The notes under the pieces are model-generated. The model was not told where the DNA came from, made no database searches, and saw only the letters and a list, made by a program, of their open reading frames with translations. A DNA stretch of 64,000 nucleotides from Candidatus Iainarchaeum sp. (lineage in GTDB: Archaea; Iainarchaeota; Iainarchaeia; Iainarchaeales; DTGL01): NCBI GenBank assembly GCA_026413945.1, contig JAOAJX010000002.1, forward strand, positions 85,536 to 149,535, written 5' to 3'. The first letter of the stretch is position 1; every line of letters starts with the position of its first letter. Of the stretch, positions 1 to 9,480 are shown piece by piece. Made by a program: the position numbers and the translations under genes.

Positions 1-83
1 CGAACCTCTGGAGACAATAGTACCTTGCCCAGACATATGTGAGAATGGTGCATGTCGCTAAATATTAAGCATGGTGAATTTTT

Positions 84-1325
84 TTGAGAAAAAAGAATAA
101 ACTCAAGGAAATAGACCAAACAATGTATACGCTTCTGCTTCGCGAAAAGAAAAGGCAAATGCAAGGCCTTGAGCTTATTCCCAGTGAAAATTTTGTAAGT
201 AAAGCTGTGCTTGAAGCTTTGGGCAGCGTTGCTACTAATAAGTACAGTGAGGGCTATCCGGGAAGGCGATATTATGGCGGAAATGAGATAATTGATGAAA
301 TAGAGTTACTTGCAATTGAACGCCTGAAAAAACTATTCTCTGCTCAGCATGCTAATGTGCAGCCATTAAGCGGTGCACCAGCGAACATGGCTGCTTTTTT
401 TGCATTAATGGAACCTGGTGATAAGTTTATGGCCTTAAAGCTTGATATGGGTGGCCATCTTACGCATGGACATTTGGCAAACTTTTCAGGAAAGCTCTTC
501 AAGCCTGTACATTACTTACTTGACCCAAAAACCGAGATGCTCGATTATGATGCCATTGAAAAATTAGCCATTGAAGAAAAGCCAAAACTTATCTTGGCTG
601 GTTATACAGCATATCCACGTGCAATTGATTTTAAGAGAATAAAAGAAATTGCTGATAAGGTTGGTGCCTATTCAATGGCAGATATTGCACATATTGCTGG
701 GCTTTGCTGCACAGGCGTGCATGAAAACCCTGTACCTTATTTTGATATCATTACCACGACTACGCACAAAACGCTCCGTGGTCCAAGGGGCGCAGCAATA
801 ATGTGCAAAGAAGAGTACGCGAAAAGTGTTGATAAGGCAGTTTTCCCTTTCTTGCAAGGTGGACCTCATGAAAATGTGATTGCGGCAAAAGCCGTAGCTT
901 TCAAGGAAGCATCTACTGAAAAATTCAAAGAATATGCAAAGCAAATAGTCAAAAATTCTAGAGCATTAGCTGACGAACTTATTGCTCTCGGCTTTAGGCT
1001 AGTTTCCGGTGGCACAGACAATCATTTGCTGCTTGTTGATCTCACAAACAAGAAAATAAGCGGGGGCGAAGCCCAAAACGTTCTTGAAAAAGCAAAAATA
1101 TACTGCAATAAAAATGCAATTCCTTATGACAAGCGCTCACTTTTTGATCCAAGTGGAATACGCTTGGGAACACCTGCGCTCACTACAAGAGGAATGAAGG
1201 AAAATGAAATGAGGGAAATTGCCTCTCTTATTGCTCGCGTGCTTGCTAAGCCACAAAGCGGAGCCAACATAAAAGAAGTGGCAAAAGAAGTACAGCAATT
1301 ATGCCAAAGCTTTCCATTTTACTAA
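84..1325 (+). CDS. glyA: Serine hydroxymethyltransferase
   Basis: LIPSENF, NKYSEGYPGRRYYGG, GGHLTHG, TTTHKTLRGPRG (PLP Lys), SGIRLGTPALTTRG; TTG start after GGTGA. Confidence 0.97.
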   Translation: MRKKNKLKEIDQTMYTLLLREKKRQMQGLELIPSENFVSKAVLEALGSVATNKYSEGYPGRRYYGGNEIIDEIELLAIERLKKLFSAQHANVQPLSGAPANMAAFFALMEPGDKFMALKLDMGGHLTHGHLANFSGKLFKPVHYLLDPKTEMLDYDAIEKLAIEEKPKLILAGYTAYPRAIDFKRIKEIADKVGAYSMADIAHIAGLCCTGVHENPVPYFDIITTTTHKTLRGPRGAAIMCKEEYAKSVDKAVFPFLQGGPHENVIAAKAVAFKEASTEKFKEYAKQIVKNSRALADELIALGFRLVSGGTDNHLLLVDLTNKKISGGEAQNVLEKAKIYCNKNAIPYDKRSLFDPSGIRLGTPALTTRGMKENEMREIASLIARVLAKPQSGANIKEVAKEVQQLCQSFPFY

Positions 1326-1344
1326 TTAAGCAAAACTTTCTGGC

Positions 1345-1905
1345 TTACTTTTGCTTTCCCTTTTCATTTTTTTGAGCATTGTCTTCAACATGTTTCTCTG
1401 CTTCGCTCTTAGTTTTGTCAAAAACAGCCGCTGTTTCTTTATCAAAGAAAAGCAGGTATATAATTATGCCACCACCAACCAACAAAAGAATGCCAAATAT
1501 GCTGAGAAAAACCAAAATGCCTGGAATAAGCATTCCGAAAATTACTGACACAAGACTCAAATAACGTGACCAGTTTTTGCCTTTGTATATGAATATTGCA
1601 GACAAAAGGCTTATTATTGAAATTATAAACATTAATGCACCAACAATTGTAAACGTTGTACCAAGCATGGGAAGTACATCCACTAATATTGCTTCTGTGT
1701 TTTTATCCTCAGTTTTTAGAAGTGCCATGAATTCCGGGTTTGATTCTAGCTCTCGAACCATTTGGTTGAATAGTTCATCTCCAGGCTTGAGCGAAGCTAG
1801 AATTGGCCCACTAAATATAAAAATGACTCCAAAAATGGCTAAAAATACAAAATGAATCGCTAATAAAATTATTGAAATAATCTGCCCTCTGGACAAAATT
1901 TGCAT
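1345..1905 (-). CDS. Hypothetical membrane protein (about 4 TM)
   Basis: Long hydrophobic segments, charged C-terminal tail, no recognised motif. Confidence 0.75.
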   Translation of the reverse strand: MQILSRGQIISIILLAIHFVFLAIFGVIFIFSGPILASLKPGDELFNQMVRELESNPEFMALLKTEDKNTEAILVDVLPMLGTTFTIVGALMFIISIISLLSAIFIYKGKNWSRYLSLVSVIFGMLIPGILVFLSIFGILLLVGGGIIIYLLFFDKETAAVFDKTKSEAEKHVEDNAQKNEKGKQK

Positions 1906-1999
1906 ATTACAAAGTAATTACAATAGCTTTAAAAATCTCTGCTTTTTATATGTGCAGTAAGTTTAATAAACCCCTAAAACTATCATTAGTAAGATCTAT

Positions 2000-2470
2000 A
2001 TGCTCAAAGGCAGGGGCAAACTTCTATTGTTGCTTATTTTTGCGTATTTTGGCTTAGCTTCAGCAAGGGTTTCTATAAGCGATACGAATGTTATCATAAC
2101 AGACACAAACAAAGTAACGTTGCATGTTGAATGTTATGATGAGAATGGCAACAAAGTAAGCTCAAGCACAAATGTTAGATATTCGATATATGAAGAGACC
2201 AACTGCAATGATATCAATTATATTATCTCCCAGTCAACAGTCGGATGCAACACATCGGCAGACATTGGTGAATATGGGCCAGGATTACATTGTTTAGTTA
2301 TTGAGACGGTTGGAAGTGAAGCTTATATTCACACAACTTTTTTTAACATAAACAAGCCAAGAGTGGATTATACAAGCATTGACGAAGGCGGTGTTTTGAC
2401 TGCAATTTTGGTTGTTCTGATGTTATTTACAGTTTTAAGCGTTAAAGATAAAGGTAAAGAAGGCCGGTAG
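2000..2470 (+). CDS. Secreted, C-terminally anchored surface protein
   Basis: N-terminal signal peptide, beta-rich Cys-containing ectodomain, C-terminal TM helix plus basic tail. Confidence 0.75.
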   Translation: MLKGRGKLLLLLIFAYFGLASARVSISDTNVIITDTNKVTLHVECYDENGNKVSSSTNVRYSIYEETNCNDINYIISQSTVGCNTSADIGEYGPGLHCLVIETVGSEAYIHTTFFNINKPRVDYTSIDEGGVLTAILVVLMLFTVLSVKDKGKEGR

Positions 2471-2568
2471 GAGGAGCACAGCGTATAAACTCGCTTTTAG
2501 GTTTTGCGATAAGTAAATTGGCTTGCTGAATTATTGTATTTGGGAGTCGCCAAGGCAAACAAAATTGT

Positions 2569-3237
2569 TTACTTGAAATCAGTGATCCTCTTCTGAAGTT
2601 TAGATTCCAGTGTTTTTATTGCTGGATCCCATAAAGATCTTGCAAATGGTGGCAGTTTGCCATTTTCCTCAACATATTTTTCTATAAATTTTTTTGTAGC
2701 CGGATCATGCCAATATCCTGAGCCAATATCGCCATATTTATTGACATATTCTGAAATCTCCGCGTCTCTTTCAACCTTTGCAAGTATAGAAGCTGCGCTC
2801 ACAACAGCATATTTGCTGTCTGCGAAATGCTCTGACTTTATAAGAGGTCTGTAACTAAGATATTTTTGAATTCTTTTTCCATAATTTTCTTGAATTACAT
2901 CTGGAGCATCAACAATAACAATCTCTGGCCTTGGCCTTAATTGTTCTATTATTTGTGCAGCTTTAAATGCTTCAATCTCGTTGAGTGATTTTGTTGGCAT
3001 AAGATTATTAAGTTCAGCTGCGCTTATTTTTACTATTGCGTAATCCTGAACAATATTTTTTATTTTTGAAAACATTGAGCTTCTCTTTTTTGGGCTCAGC
3101 TCTTTGGAATCTCTAACTCCAAGTTCAATAAGCTGCTCCTCTTGCTCTTTGCTTGCGAGTGCGCCACAGATAACTAAAGGGCCTAACACGGGGCCACGAC
3201 CTGCTTCATCTATGCCAGCAACAAAAATTTTCTTCAT
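2569..3237 (-). CDS. rnhB: Ribonuclease HII
   Basis: GIDEAGRGPVLGPL, RDSKEL, VSAASILAKVERD, GSGY motifs. Confidence 0.97.
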   Translation of the reverse strand: MKKIFVAGIDEAGRGPVLGPLVICGALASKEQEEQLIELGVRDSKELSPKKRSSMFSKIKNIVQDYAIVKISAAELNNLMPTKSLNEIEAFKAAQIIEQLRPRPEIVIVDAPDVIQENYGKRIQKYLSYRPLIKSEHFADSKYAVVSAASILAKVERDAEISEYVNKYGDIGSGYWHDPATKKFIEKYVEENGKLPPFARSLWDPAIKTLESKLQKRITDFK

Positions 3238-3301
3238 TGAAACAAATCACTTTGATTAAATTTAAAAATGCTTCATTGGAAGATATTTAGTGCTGATTAA
3301 C

Positions 3302-3562
3302 ATGGAAGGTATCATAAAGAACTATCGACGTGGCCGAAGGACGCAAAACACAAGGCAGGCAATAATATTACTCCCCGGGGTAGATAAGAAAGCCAAAGCA
3401 TATGCCTTTATGGGAAAAAAGGTCGAGTACAAAACAGAATGTGGTAAAAAAATCTGTGGGAAAATAGTAGATGCGCATGGCGATAAGGGTGCTGTCCGTG
3501 CAATATTTGAGAAAGGCCTGCCAGGCCAAGCGATAGGAAGCAAAGTTTTAATACAAGGTTAA
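3302..3562 (+). CDS. rpl35ae: 50S ribosomal protein L35Ae
   Basis: MEGIIKNYRRGRRTQ...GKIVDAHGDKGAVRAIFEKGLPGQAIG; ATG at 3302 preferred over the GTG at 3290. Confidence 0.93.
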   Translation: MEGIIKNYRRGRRTQNTRQAIILLPGVDKKAKAYAFMGKKVEYKTECGKKICGKIVDAHGDKGAVRAIFEKGLPGQAIGSKVLIQG

Positions 3563-3653
3563 GAACTATTTCGCATTTTGAAGAGTTTTAGTTTTACACT
3601 AGTAAGAGCCAAAGAAGTTATTGTAAGATTAGATAATTGAAAATAACTAAAAA

Positions 3654-3953
3654 TTAACCAATCTTTGTGGGAAATGCTCTGTTTACTTGATCAACCGTGC
3701 GATCGCACTTACGGCACATTTCATACAAATCCTTGCAATAGCGCATATTTCCCCACGCTTTTTTGATCTCCTCTGCACTTGCGTTTTTTGCCCTTAAGTC
3801 ATCATATAGATTGCCGTAATAAGCGATCATTTCCTTTAAAGCACTCTCGACTTCCTTGCGCTCTGACTCATCATTTTTTATTGTTCTTCGCGCGTAGCAT
3901 AGGGGGCATTTCTTTTTACATATCTTTACTAGTACTGAAATCCTATCGTCCAT
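3654..3953 (-). CDS. Small Cys-rich hypothetical protein, possibly metal-binding
   Basis: CKKKCPLC near the N-terminus and Cx6CxxC near the C-terminus of a helical 99-aa ORF. Confidence 0.7.
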   Translation of the reverse strand: MDDRISVLVKICKKKCPLCYARRTIKNDESERKEVESALKEMIAYYGNLYDDLRAKNASAEEIKKAWGNMRYCKDLYEMCRKCDRTVDQVNRAFPTKIG

Positions 3954-4050
3954 AGTATTCTATTTATGAGGCATGGTTTTTTAAAGCATCAAGAAATAGT
4001 GTTATGCGCATACATTTAAAAATAGGAAAAATTAAAAAGAAAAAAGTTGC

Positions 4051-4959
4051 TTATGCAGCCACATCTATGCCAAGTTCTTTTTTAAGTTCTCTATATCTGT
4101 TTCTTATGGTAACTTCTGTTACGCCAGCCACATTAGCAACTTCTTTCTGTGTCCTGCGCTCAGCCAATAGCAAGCTCGCTATGTAAACTGCGGCCGCCGC
4201 TACGCCTGTAGGGCCGCGACCGCTTATAAGGCCTTTCTTTATCGCCTTTTCTATGATCTCTCGGCCTTTCTCTTGAACTTCGCCGCTTAGGTTAAGCTCT
4301 GTTGCAAACCTTGGTATGTAATGCACAGGGTTTGTCAAAGGCACGTCAAACTTTAGCTCCCTCACAAGGAACCTATAAGTTCTGCCTATTTCCTTTTTTG
4401 TCAATCCTGATGCCTCAGCCATTTCGTTGAGGGTTCTCGGAACCTGATATGTTCTACAGACAGCGTAGAGGATTGCTGCAACAACTGCTTCAATAAGGCG
4501 TCCCCTTATGAGTCCTTTTTCAACGGTTTTTCTATAAAGGAGGGCTGATGCTTCAACCAAAGACTCGGGGATGTTTAGGTAGCTAGCTATTCTTCGCAGC
4601 TCAGTCAACGCGATGCTTAAGTTTCTTTCCATAGATGAGCTTACTGAAGTGCGCTTATGCCACTTTATAAGCCTATACATTTGGGCTTTACCTTGAGTTG
4701 AAAGCTTGTTCCCGCGCAAATCTCTTCCTTTCCTGTCTATCATAGTAACAAGACCTTTATTGAGCTTTACATACTTTTTAGGAGATCCAGCTCTTGCACG
4801 TTTTTCAAATTGGTCAGAATCAAATGAACGCCAATCTTTGCCTAAGTCAATAAGATCTTCTGAAATTACAAGGCCACATTTGCCACAGATTACTTCGCCT
4901 CTGCTTTCATCCTTCTTGAGCTTTGTTGATCCACATTCTGGGCACTTTGTTGCTTCCAC
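4051..4959 (-). CDS. tfb: Transcription initiation factor IIB (TFB)
   Basis: CPECG/CGKCG zinc ribbon, B-reader WRSF, two cyclin repeats, C-terminal TEVTIRNRYREL; GTG start after GGTGA. Confidence 0.97.
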   Translation of the reverse strand: MEATKCPECGSTKLKKDESRGEVICGKCGLVISEDLIDLGKDWRSFDSDQFEKRARAGSPKKYVKLNKGLVTMIDRKGRDLRGNKLSTQGKAQMYRLIKWHKRTSVSSSMERNLSIALTELRRIASYLNIPESLVEASALLYRKTVEKGLIRGRLIEAVVAAILYAVCRTYQVPRTLNEMAEASGLTKKEIGRTYRFLVRELKFDVPLTNPVHYIPRFATELNLSGEVQEKGREIIEKAIKKGLISGRGPTGVAAAAVYIASLLLAERRTQKEVANVAGVTEVTIRNRYRELKKELGIDVAA

Positions 4960-5214
4960 AAAATCACCTTCCCATACACCCAACTCAAAAATAATATTTC
5001 AAAATCTAGTCCAAAAATTTGCCTCGAAAAAAGATAACTTTATATAAGTAACTGCTGCGTACCTACTATTTAATACTATCGTTTTAGAATTCAGAACCTG
5101 CTGGGCATAAAAAATGGCAAAAAGCACGAAATTTATGCTTAATGCTTACAAAACCGGTTTTTTGCGTGGGCAAATTATTTTAACTTCTACGATACACACA
5201 AAATATAGGGCATT

Positions 5215-6162
5215 ATGGCAAAAATATACAAAAAAGATTCTTCTGTTGCTTATGAGCTTCCAGATGAGATTGCTTCAGGTCTTGGCCTTAGCCAGAATTC
5301 AGATTACGAGCTTGTGGAGCTAAGTCCTGGGTCTTATGCGCTGATTGAAAAAAAATTTCCTGGTGAAATATCAAGGCATACTGAAACAGACAAGAAAATC
5401 TTCAAAATGATTGAAGAAAAGTCATATGCAGAAAGAGTGGAAGGCAAGTTTGAGAAGCTTTTAAGCAGCGAAGAACTAAAAAGATTTAAGGAGCTTTTAA
5501 AAGAAGGCAAGATCGTTCTTTACAAATCATCTGACAAGTATAAAAAAGCAATATACAAGCTTTCAAGTGGGCTTGCGAGTGGAATTGCAAGTGTTGGCAA
5601 AGAGGTGGGCAAAAAAATAATGGAGACGTCGCAGAGCATAGAGGAAGCCGCCGCAAGAGCCAAAATGGAGCAAAAAAAAGAGGAAGCTTCAGAAAGTCCT
5701 ACTCAAATTGAAAATAGAGCCATAAAGGAAAAGATAACCTATAGTGCAAGTGACGCTGATTACAAGAAAAAGCAATATAGCGGTGCGCCGAGCAAAATTG
5801 CAGAAAATTTGGTTGTTCCGAGTACTGAAGAAACAAGACTTATTAAGCAAGAATATGCGATAGTAAGGGATGAAAATGTGGCAAAAGCTTTATCTGCAAG
5901 GCTCAGCGATGATATAAAGCGAAAAGAAGTCTTGGGAATAAAGACATTTGACGGTGAATATTTTATAATTAAGAGGCCTCTTTACGACAAGTGTTCGCCA
6001 ATAATATTACAATATATAATAGCGCACAACACATGCACCATAGAGGCTATCTCAAATGACCTTGGGTTGGATAAGGATTTAGTAAAAATAGTGTGTGAGT
6101 TTTTAAGAGAAAGCGGTGAAATTACGGAAAGAAGAAAAGGAATATATGAATACATAAGTTAG
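5215..6162 (+). CDS. Hypothetical protein with possible AbrB-like N-terminus and C-terminal winged helix
   Basis: N-terminal YELPDEIASGLGL..DYEL pattern; C-terminal IEAISNDLGLDKDLVKIVCEFLRESGEITERRKGIY wHTH-like pattern. Confidence 0.65.
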   Translation: MAKIYKKDSSVAYELPDEIASGLGLSQNSDYELVELSPGSYALIEKKFPGEISRHTETDKKIFKMIEEKSYAERVEGKFEKLLSSEELKRFKELLKEGKIVLYKSSDKYKKAIYKLSSGLASGIASVGKEVGKKIMETSQSIEEAAARAKMEQKKEEASESPTQIENRAIKEKITYSASDADYKKKQYSGAPSKIAENLVVPSTEETRLIKQEYAIVRDENVAKALSARLSDDIKRKEVLGIKTFDGEYFIIKRPLYDKCSPIILQYIIAHNTCTIEAISNDLGLDKDLVKIVCEFLRESGEITERRKGIYEYIS

Positions 6163-6167
6163 GTGTT

Positions 6168-6551
6168 TTGATGCATGCGATGCTTCCGATAATTTCAGGA
6201 GAGGAAGCAAGCATAGAAATATTTGGAAAAATTTCAAAAGGCATAAAAAAGTTAACAGTTCTAATTGTTGTTGACACTGAGATTAAAAAAACATCTTATG
6301 AAGCTACAAGCTTTCTTTCAGAAGCGCAGAGAAAAGCAGAAGAGATTTGCGAAGCCTTTGGAAAAAAGAGGAAATCCTGCGAAGTGATTGTAGAATGGGG
6401 TGACCCTATAAGCAAAATCGATAGGAATGCAAGGCTAAAAGGCGTTAGAAAGATTTTCATAGTTGAAAGTGAAAGTGAATTTGTGAAAAAGGCAGTTGAG
6501 GAGCTCAAAAAAAGAAAGGAATATGCTGTTGAGATAATAAAGACTAAATAA
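6168..6551 (+). CDS. Universal stress protein (UspA)-like
   Basis: LTVLIVVD strand and VEWGDPISKI motif; about 127 aa. Confidence 0.65.
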   Translation: MMHAMLPIISGEEASIEIFGKISKGIKKLTVLIVVDTEIKKTSYEATSFLSEAQRKAEEICEAFGKKRKSCEVIVEWGDPISKIDRNARLKGVRKIFIVESESEFVKKAVEELKKRKEYAVEIIKTK

Positions 6552-6606
6552 TCATAGACAAATAAAAATAAATAGACATTTATTCTAATTATGGCAAGGT
6601 GTCGGT

Positions 6607-7710
6607 ATGGATTTTGATGTTTTTGGGCCTGAGTTCTCATTGACAGTTTATAATCCAAAGGTTGGTCTTAAGGGTTTTGTTGTTATAGACAACACAGCTT
6701 TGGGTCCTGGAAAAGGAGGTATAAGGCTTACTACAAGTGTCACGCTTGAAGAAGTTGCAAAGCTTGCAAGAGGCATGACATGGAAATGTGCAATGGCTGA
6801 TCTTCCTTTTGGTGGTGCCAAGGCAGGGATTGTTGCAGATTCTGACTTTATGACAAAAGAAAGAAAAGCAGAACTTATAAAGGCCTTTGCAGAAAAGCTT
6901 GATGGGATAGTACCGCAGAGATACATTGCTGGCCCGGATATGAACACAACACAAGAAGAAATGCGAGTTTTTGCAGAAACCCTAAAAACAGAAAAAGCAT
7001 GCACAGGCAAACCAAAAGAAATGGGCGGCTTGCCGCATGAGCTCGGAAGCACTGGGTTTGGCGTTTTTCATGCAGCAAAAATTGGGGCTGAATTTGCAGG
7101 CATTGAAATTGCAGAGGCCAAAGTCGCAATAGAAGGCTTTGGAAATGTTGGTAGTTTTGTTGGAAAATTTCTTAACGAAGCTGGTGCAAAGCTTGTTGGC
7201 ATATCAGATATAAAAGGCCTTGTTTTCTGCGAAGATGGGCTAAACTACGAAAAGCTTATGGAAGCAATTAAAAACACTCGCTCGGTAACTGGCTATGATG
7301 GTAATGCTAAGTTGATGGACAAGCATGAGATAATAGGCCTTGATGTCGACATATTAGTAACAGCTGCTGTACCTGACCTAATAAAAATCAACGAGATTAA
7401 TGTAGTGAAGGCAAAACTTATAGTAGAAGGTTCAAATATTCCAATGACTCAGGAAGTTGAAGAAGCATTAGCTGCCAAAGGCAAGGTAATAATTCCTGAC
7501 TTCGTTGCTAATGCTGGTGGTGTTATATCAAGCTATGTTGAATATAAAGGCGGAGATGCTAATGAAATGTTTAAGATTGTCAAAAAAAAGATTACCAACA
7601 ATACTAAGTTAGTTTTGGAGCGTGCTGGAAAAAAAGGAAATACAAGGGCGGTAGCAAACGAAATTGCAAAGGAGCGAGTGCTTAAGAAATGCACATGGTG
7701 CAAGATTTAA
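6607..7710 (+). CDS. Glu/Leu/Phe/Val dehydrogenase
   Basis: GPGKGGIR, MTWKCA, LPFGGAKAG, GPDMNT, EGFGNVG, PDFVANAGGVISS. Confidence 0.95.
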   Translation: MDFDVFGPEFSLTVYNPKVGLKGFVVIDNTALGPGKGGIRLTTSVTLEEVAKLARGMTWKCAMADLPFGGAKAGIVADSDFMTKERKAELIKAFAEKLDGIVPQRYIAGPDMNTTQEEMRVFAETLKTEKACTGKPKEMGGLPHELGSTGFGVFHAAKIGAEFAGIEIAEAKVAIEGFGNVGSFVGKFLNEAGAKLVGISDIKGLVFCEDGLNYEKLMEAIKNTRSVTGYDGNAKLMDKHEIIGLDVDILVTAAVPDLIKINEINVVKAKLIVEGSNIPMTQEVEEALAAKGKVIIPDFVANAGGVISSYVEYKGGDANEMFKIVKKKITNNTKLVLERAGKKGNTRAVANEIAKERVLKKCTWCKI

Positions 7711-7724
7711 GCATTTCTCTTACT

Positions 7725-8822
7725 TCATTGCTTTTGTTTTTTTCTTTTTCCAAAGACAATCTTTGTTGCAATTGGCTCTTTCTCTTTTACCTTCTTTTGG
7801 TGCTCCTTGAGGAAGCCATTTAAAAACTCTATTGTAAGCTTTTTTGTTTCTCCACAAAGACGAGCGCCTTTTTTGCATGAGAAAACTATTTCCTGCAATT
7901 CTTGCGTGTTTGGATAGTGGAACTTCAATATTTCGCAAACTTTGCATATTTCTGGCTTTCCGCCGAGCTTTCTTTGCATTTCAGCAGTTTCTCTGCCTCC
8001 AGTAAAAGCATTTGATATTTTAGCTTTAACTACTTCTGGAGAATCGTTTAGGAATATGGCACTATCAGGCATTGAACTGCTCATCTTTGTGCCTTGCAAA
8101 AGACCTGATTGGTGCATTATATGAATAAAGGATGGCACTTCCATATTATAAGGAAGCCGTTTCGCAACATCCCTTGCAATCCTTGCATGTGGATCTTGAT
8201 CTATTCCTATTGGCGTAATGCTTGGCATTTTTCCCTCAAAATCTTCAAGTTGAGGATGCAAAATGTCGGCGTATTGCAAAAGCGCTGAGCCCATCTTGCC
8301 GAGATCTACATGGCCATATGTTGCTTCAAATGCCCTTTTTGTTATCTTTTTGCTTATCTCAAAAGCTAACTCATAATAGCGCGGCTCATAGCAGCTCTGC
8401 AAGTAGATATCCTCTTCGTCAAGACCTAATGCTAGAAGATGCGCAATGTTATTTGCAGCAATTTTTCTTGCTTGATCCATAGTTTCAATATTTTCTCTGC
8501 TAGCATATGCCTCAATATCTGCGATGCAAAAATAGTTTCTAGCACCAAGATTTTTGAAAACTAGGAAAAGGTCTATCACTGCTTTATGGCCAAGATGCAT
8601 GTTGCCGCTTGGTGCAAGACCAGTAATGTTAATGAATGGCTGCCCTTTTTTTATGCAATTTGCAATCTTTTCAAAATCCCTTTGGCCAACAACTATGTTG
8701 CGCTCTAAAAGATAATGGTTCAAAAGCTTTTTCCAAGAATCTTTAAGCTGTGAGACCCCAAACTCCTTGAAAAGAGCTTCTGAATCGAGCTGCTTTGAAG
8801 ACCAAGGGTCAAATTTCTGCAT
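7725..8822 (-). CDS. trpS: Tryptophanyl-tRNA synthetase
   Basis: PSGNMHLGH (HIGH), QYADILHPQ, GIDQDPH, KMSSS, AFTGGRET. Confidence 0.96.
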   Translation of the reverse strand: MQKFDPWSSKQLDSEALFKEFGVSQLKDSWKKLLNHYLLERNIVVGQRDFEKIANCIKKGQPFINITGLAPSGNMHLGHKAVIDLFLVFKNLGARNYFCIADIEAYASRENIETMDQARKIAANNIAHLLALGLDEEDIYLQSCYEPRYYELAFEISKKITKRAFEATYGHVDLGKMGSALLQYADILHPQLEDFEGKMPSITPIGIDQDPHARIARDVAKRLPYNMEVPSFIHIMHQSGLLQGTKMSSSMPDSAIFLNDSPEVVKAKISNAFTGGRETAEMQRKLGGKPEICKVCEILKFHYPNTQELQEIVFSCKKGARLCGETKKLTIEFLNGFLKEHQKKVKEKEPIATKIVFGKRKKQKQ

Positions 8823-8892
8823 ATTGCATCACATGTATCTTTTAAATTAATTTGTAAGCATTTTAATTTAAAAACAGAAGGCAGGTGTCAAT

Positions 8893-9420
8893 ATAAGCAA
8901 AAAACCAGAAAAAGTTGCAATACTTTTAGAAAACAAAGCAATAGTGGAAAATCCAAGGTTTAGGGATGAACTTTTGCAAGAATCTTTTGGTGAATTAATA
9001 GAAAGGAAGCTTGTTCTTGACCTCAACGAAGCGCTGTATCTCCTCAAGAAAGGTAGAATAAAAATTAAACATGGAAAAAAAGACTTGACAGAAGAAACAC
9101 TCTTAAATATGGGGATTTCGGAGGATAAAAGATTTTACACAAAATATCTTGTTTTCGAGGATTTGCGCAGCAAAGGTTACGTTGTAAAAACTGGCTATAA
9201 ATTTGGCTTTGATTTTAGGGTTTACCCAAAAGGCAAAAAACCAGGTGAAGCTCACACGCAATATGTTGTAAATGTTTGTAAACAAAATGATGTTTTTAAA
9301 ATGCATGAAATGAGCAGAATGATCCGCCTCAGTGGCAATATTAATACTTTATTAGTACAAGCAGTAGTTGACTCTGAAAACCACATCAACTATTACCAAA
9401 TAATACGTTCCCAGCCATAA
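8893..9420 (+). CDS. endA: tRNA-intron endonuclease, probably starting at ATA 8893
   Basis: LNEALYL, VFEDLRSKGYVVKTGYKFGFDFRVY, His motif, C-terminal VD...YY; the frame is open from 8872 and the SD AGGTG lies 5 nt before ATA 8893. Confidence 0.9.
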   Translation: MSKKPEKVAILLENKAIVENPRFRDELLQESFGELIERKLVLDLNEALYLLKKGRIKIKHGKKDLTEETLLNMGISEDKRFYTKYLVFEDLRSKGYVVKTGYKFGFDFRVYPKGKKPGEAHTQYVVNVCKQNDVFKMHEMSRMIRLSGNINTLLVQAVVDSENHINYYQIIRSQP

Positions 9421-9439
9421 ACAAAAAGATAAGTAAAGA

Positions 9440-9480
9440 CAAAAAGAAAAAATAAAGGGCTTTTACAAATCAAAGCCCCT
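9440..9480 (-). terminator. Hairpin plus U-tract at the 3' end of the histone gene
   Basis: Minus strand GGGCTTT-gatttgta-AAAGCCC spans the stop codon and is followed by TTTATTTTTTCTTTTT. Confidence 0.6.

Noticed and set aside
1-60. Short minus-strand ORF start or hairpin at the window edge
   Set aside because: Truncated by the window; not enough sequence to call a gene or RNA.
2465-2565. Slightly GC-richer intergenic stretch, considered as a small RNA
   Set aside because: No C/D boxes, tRNA-like fold or convincing stem found.
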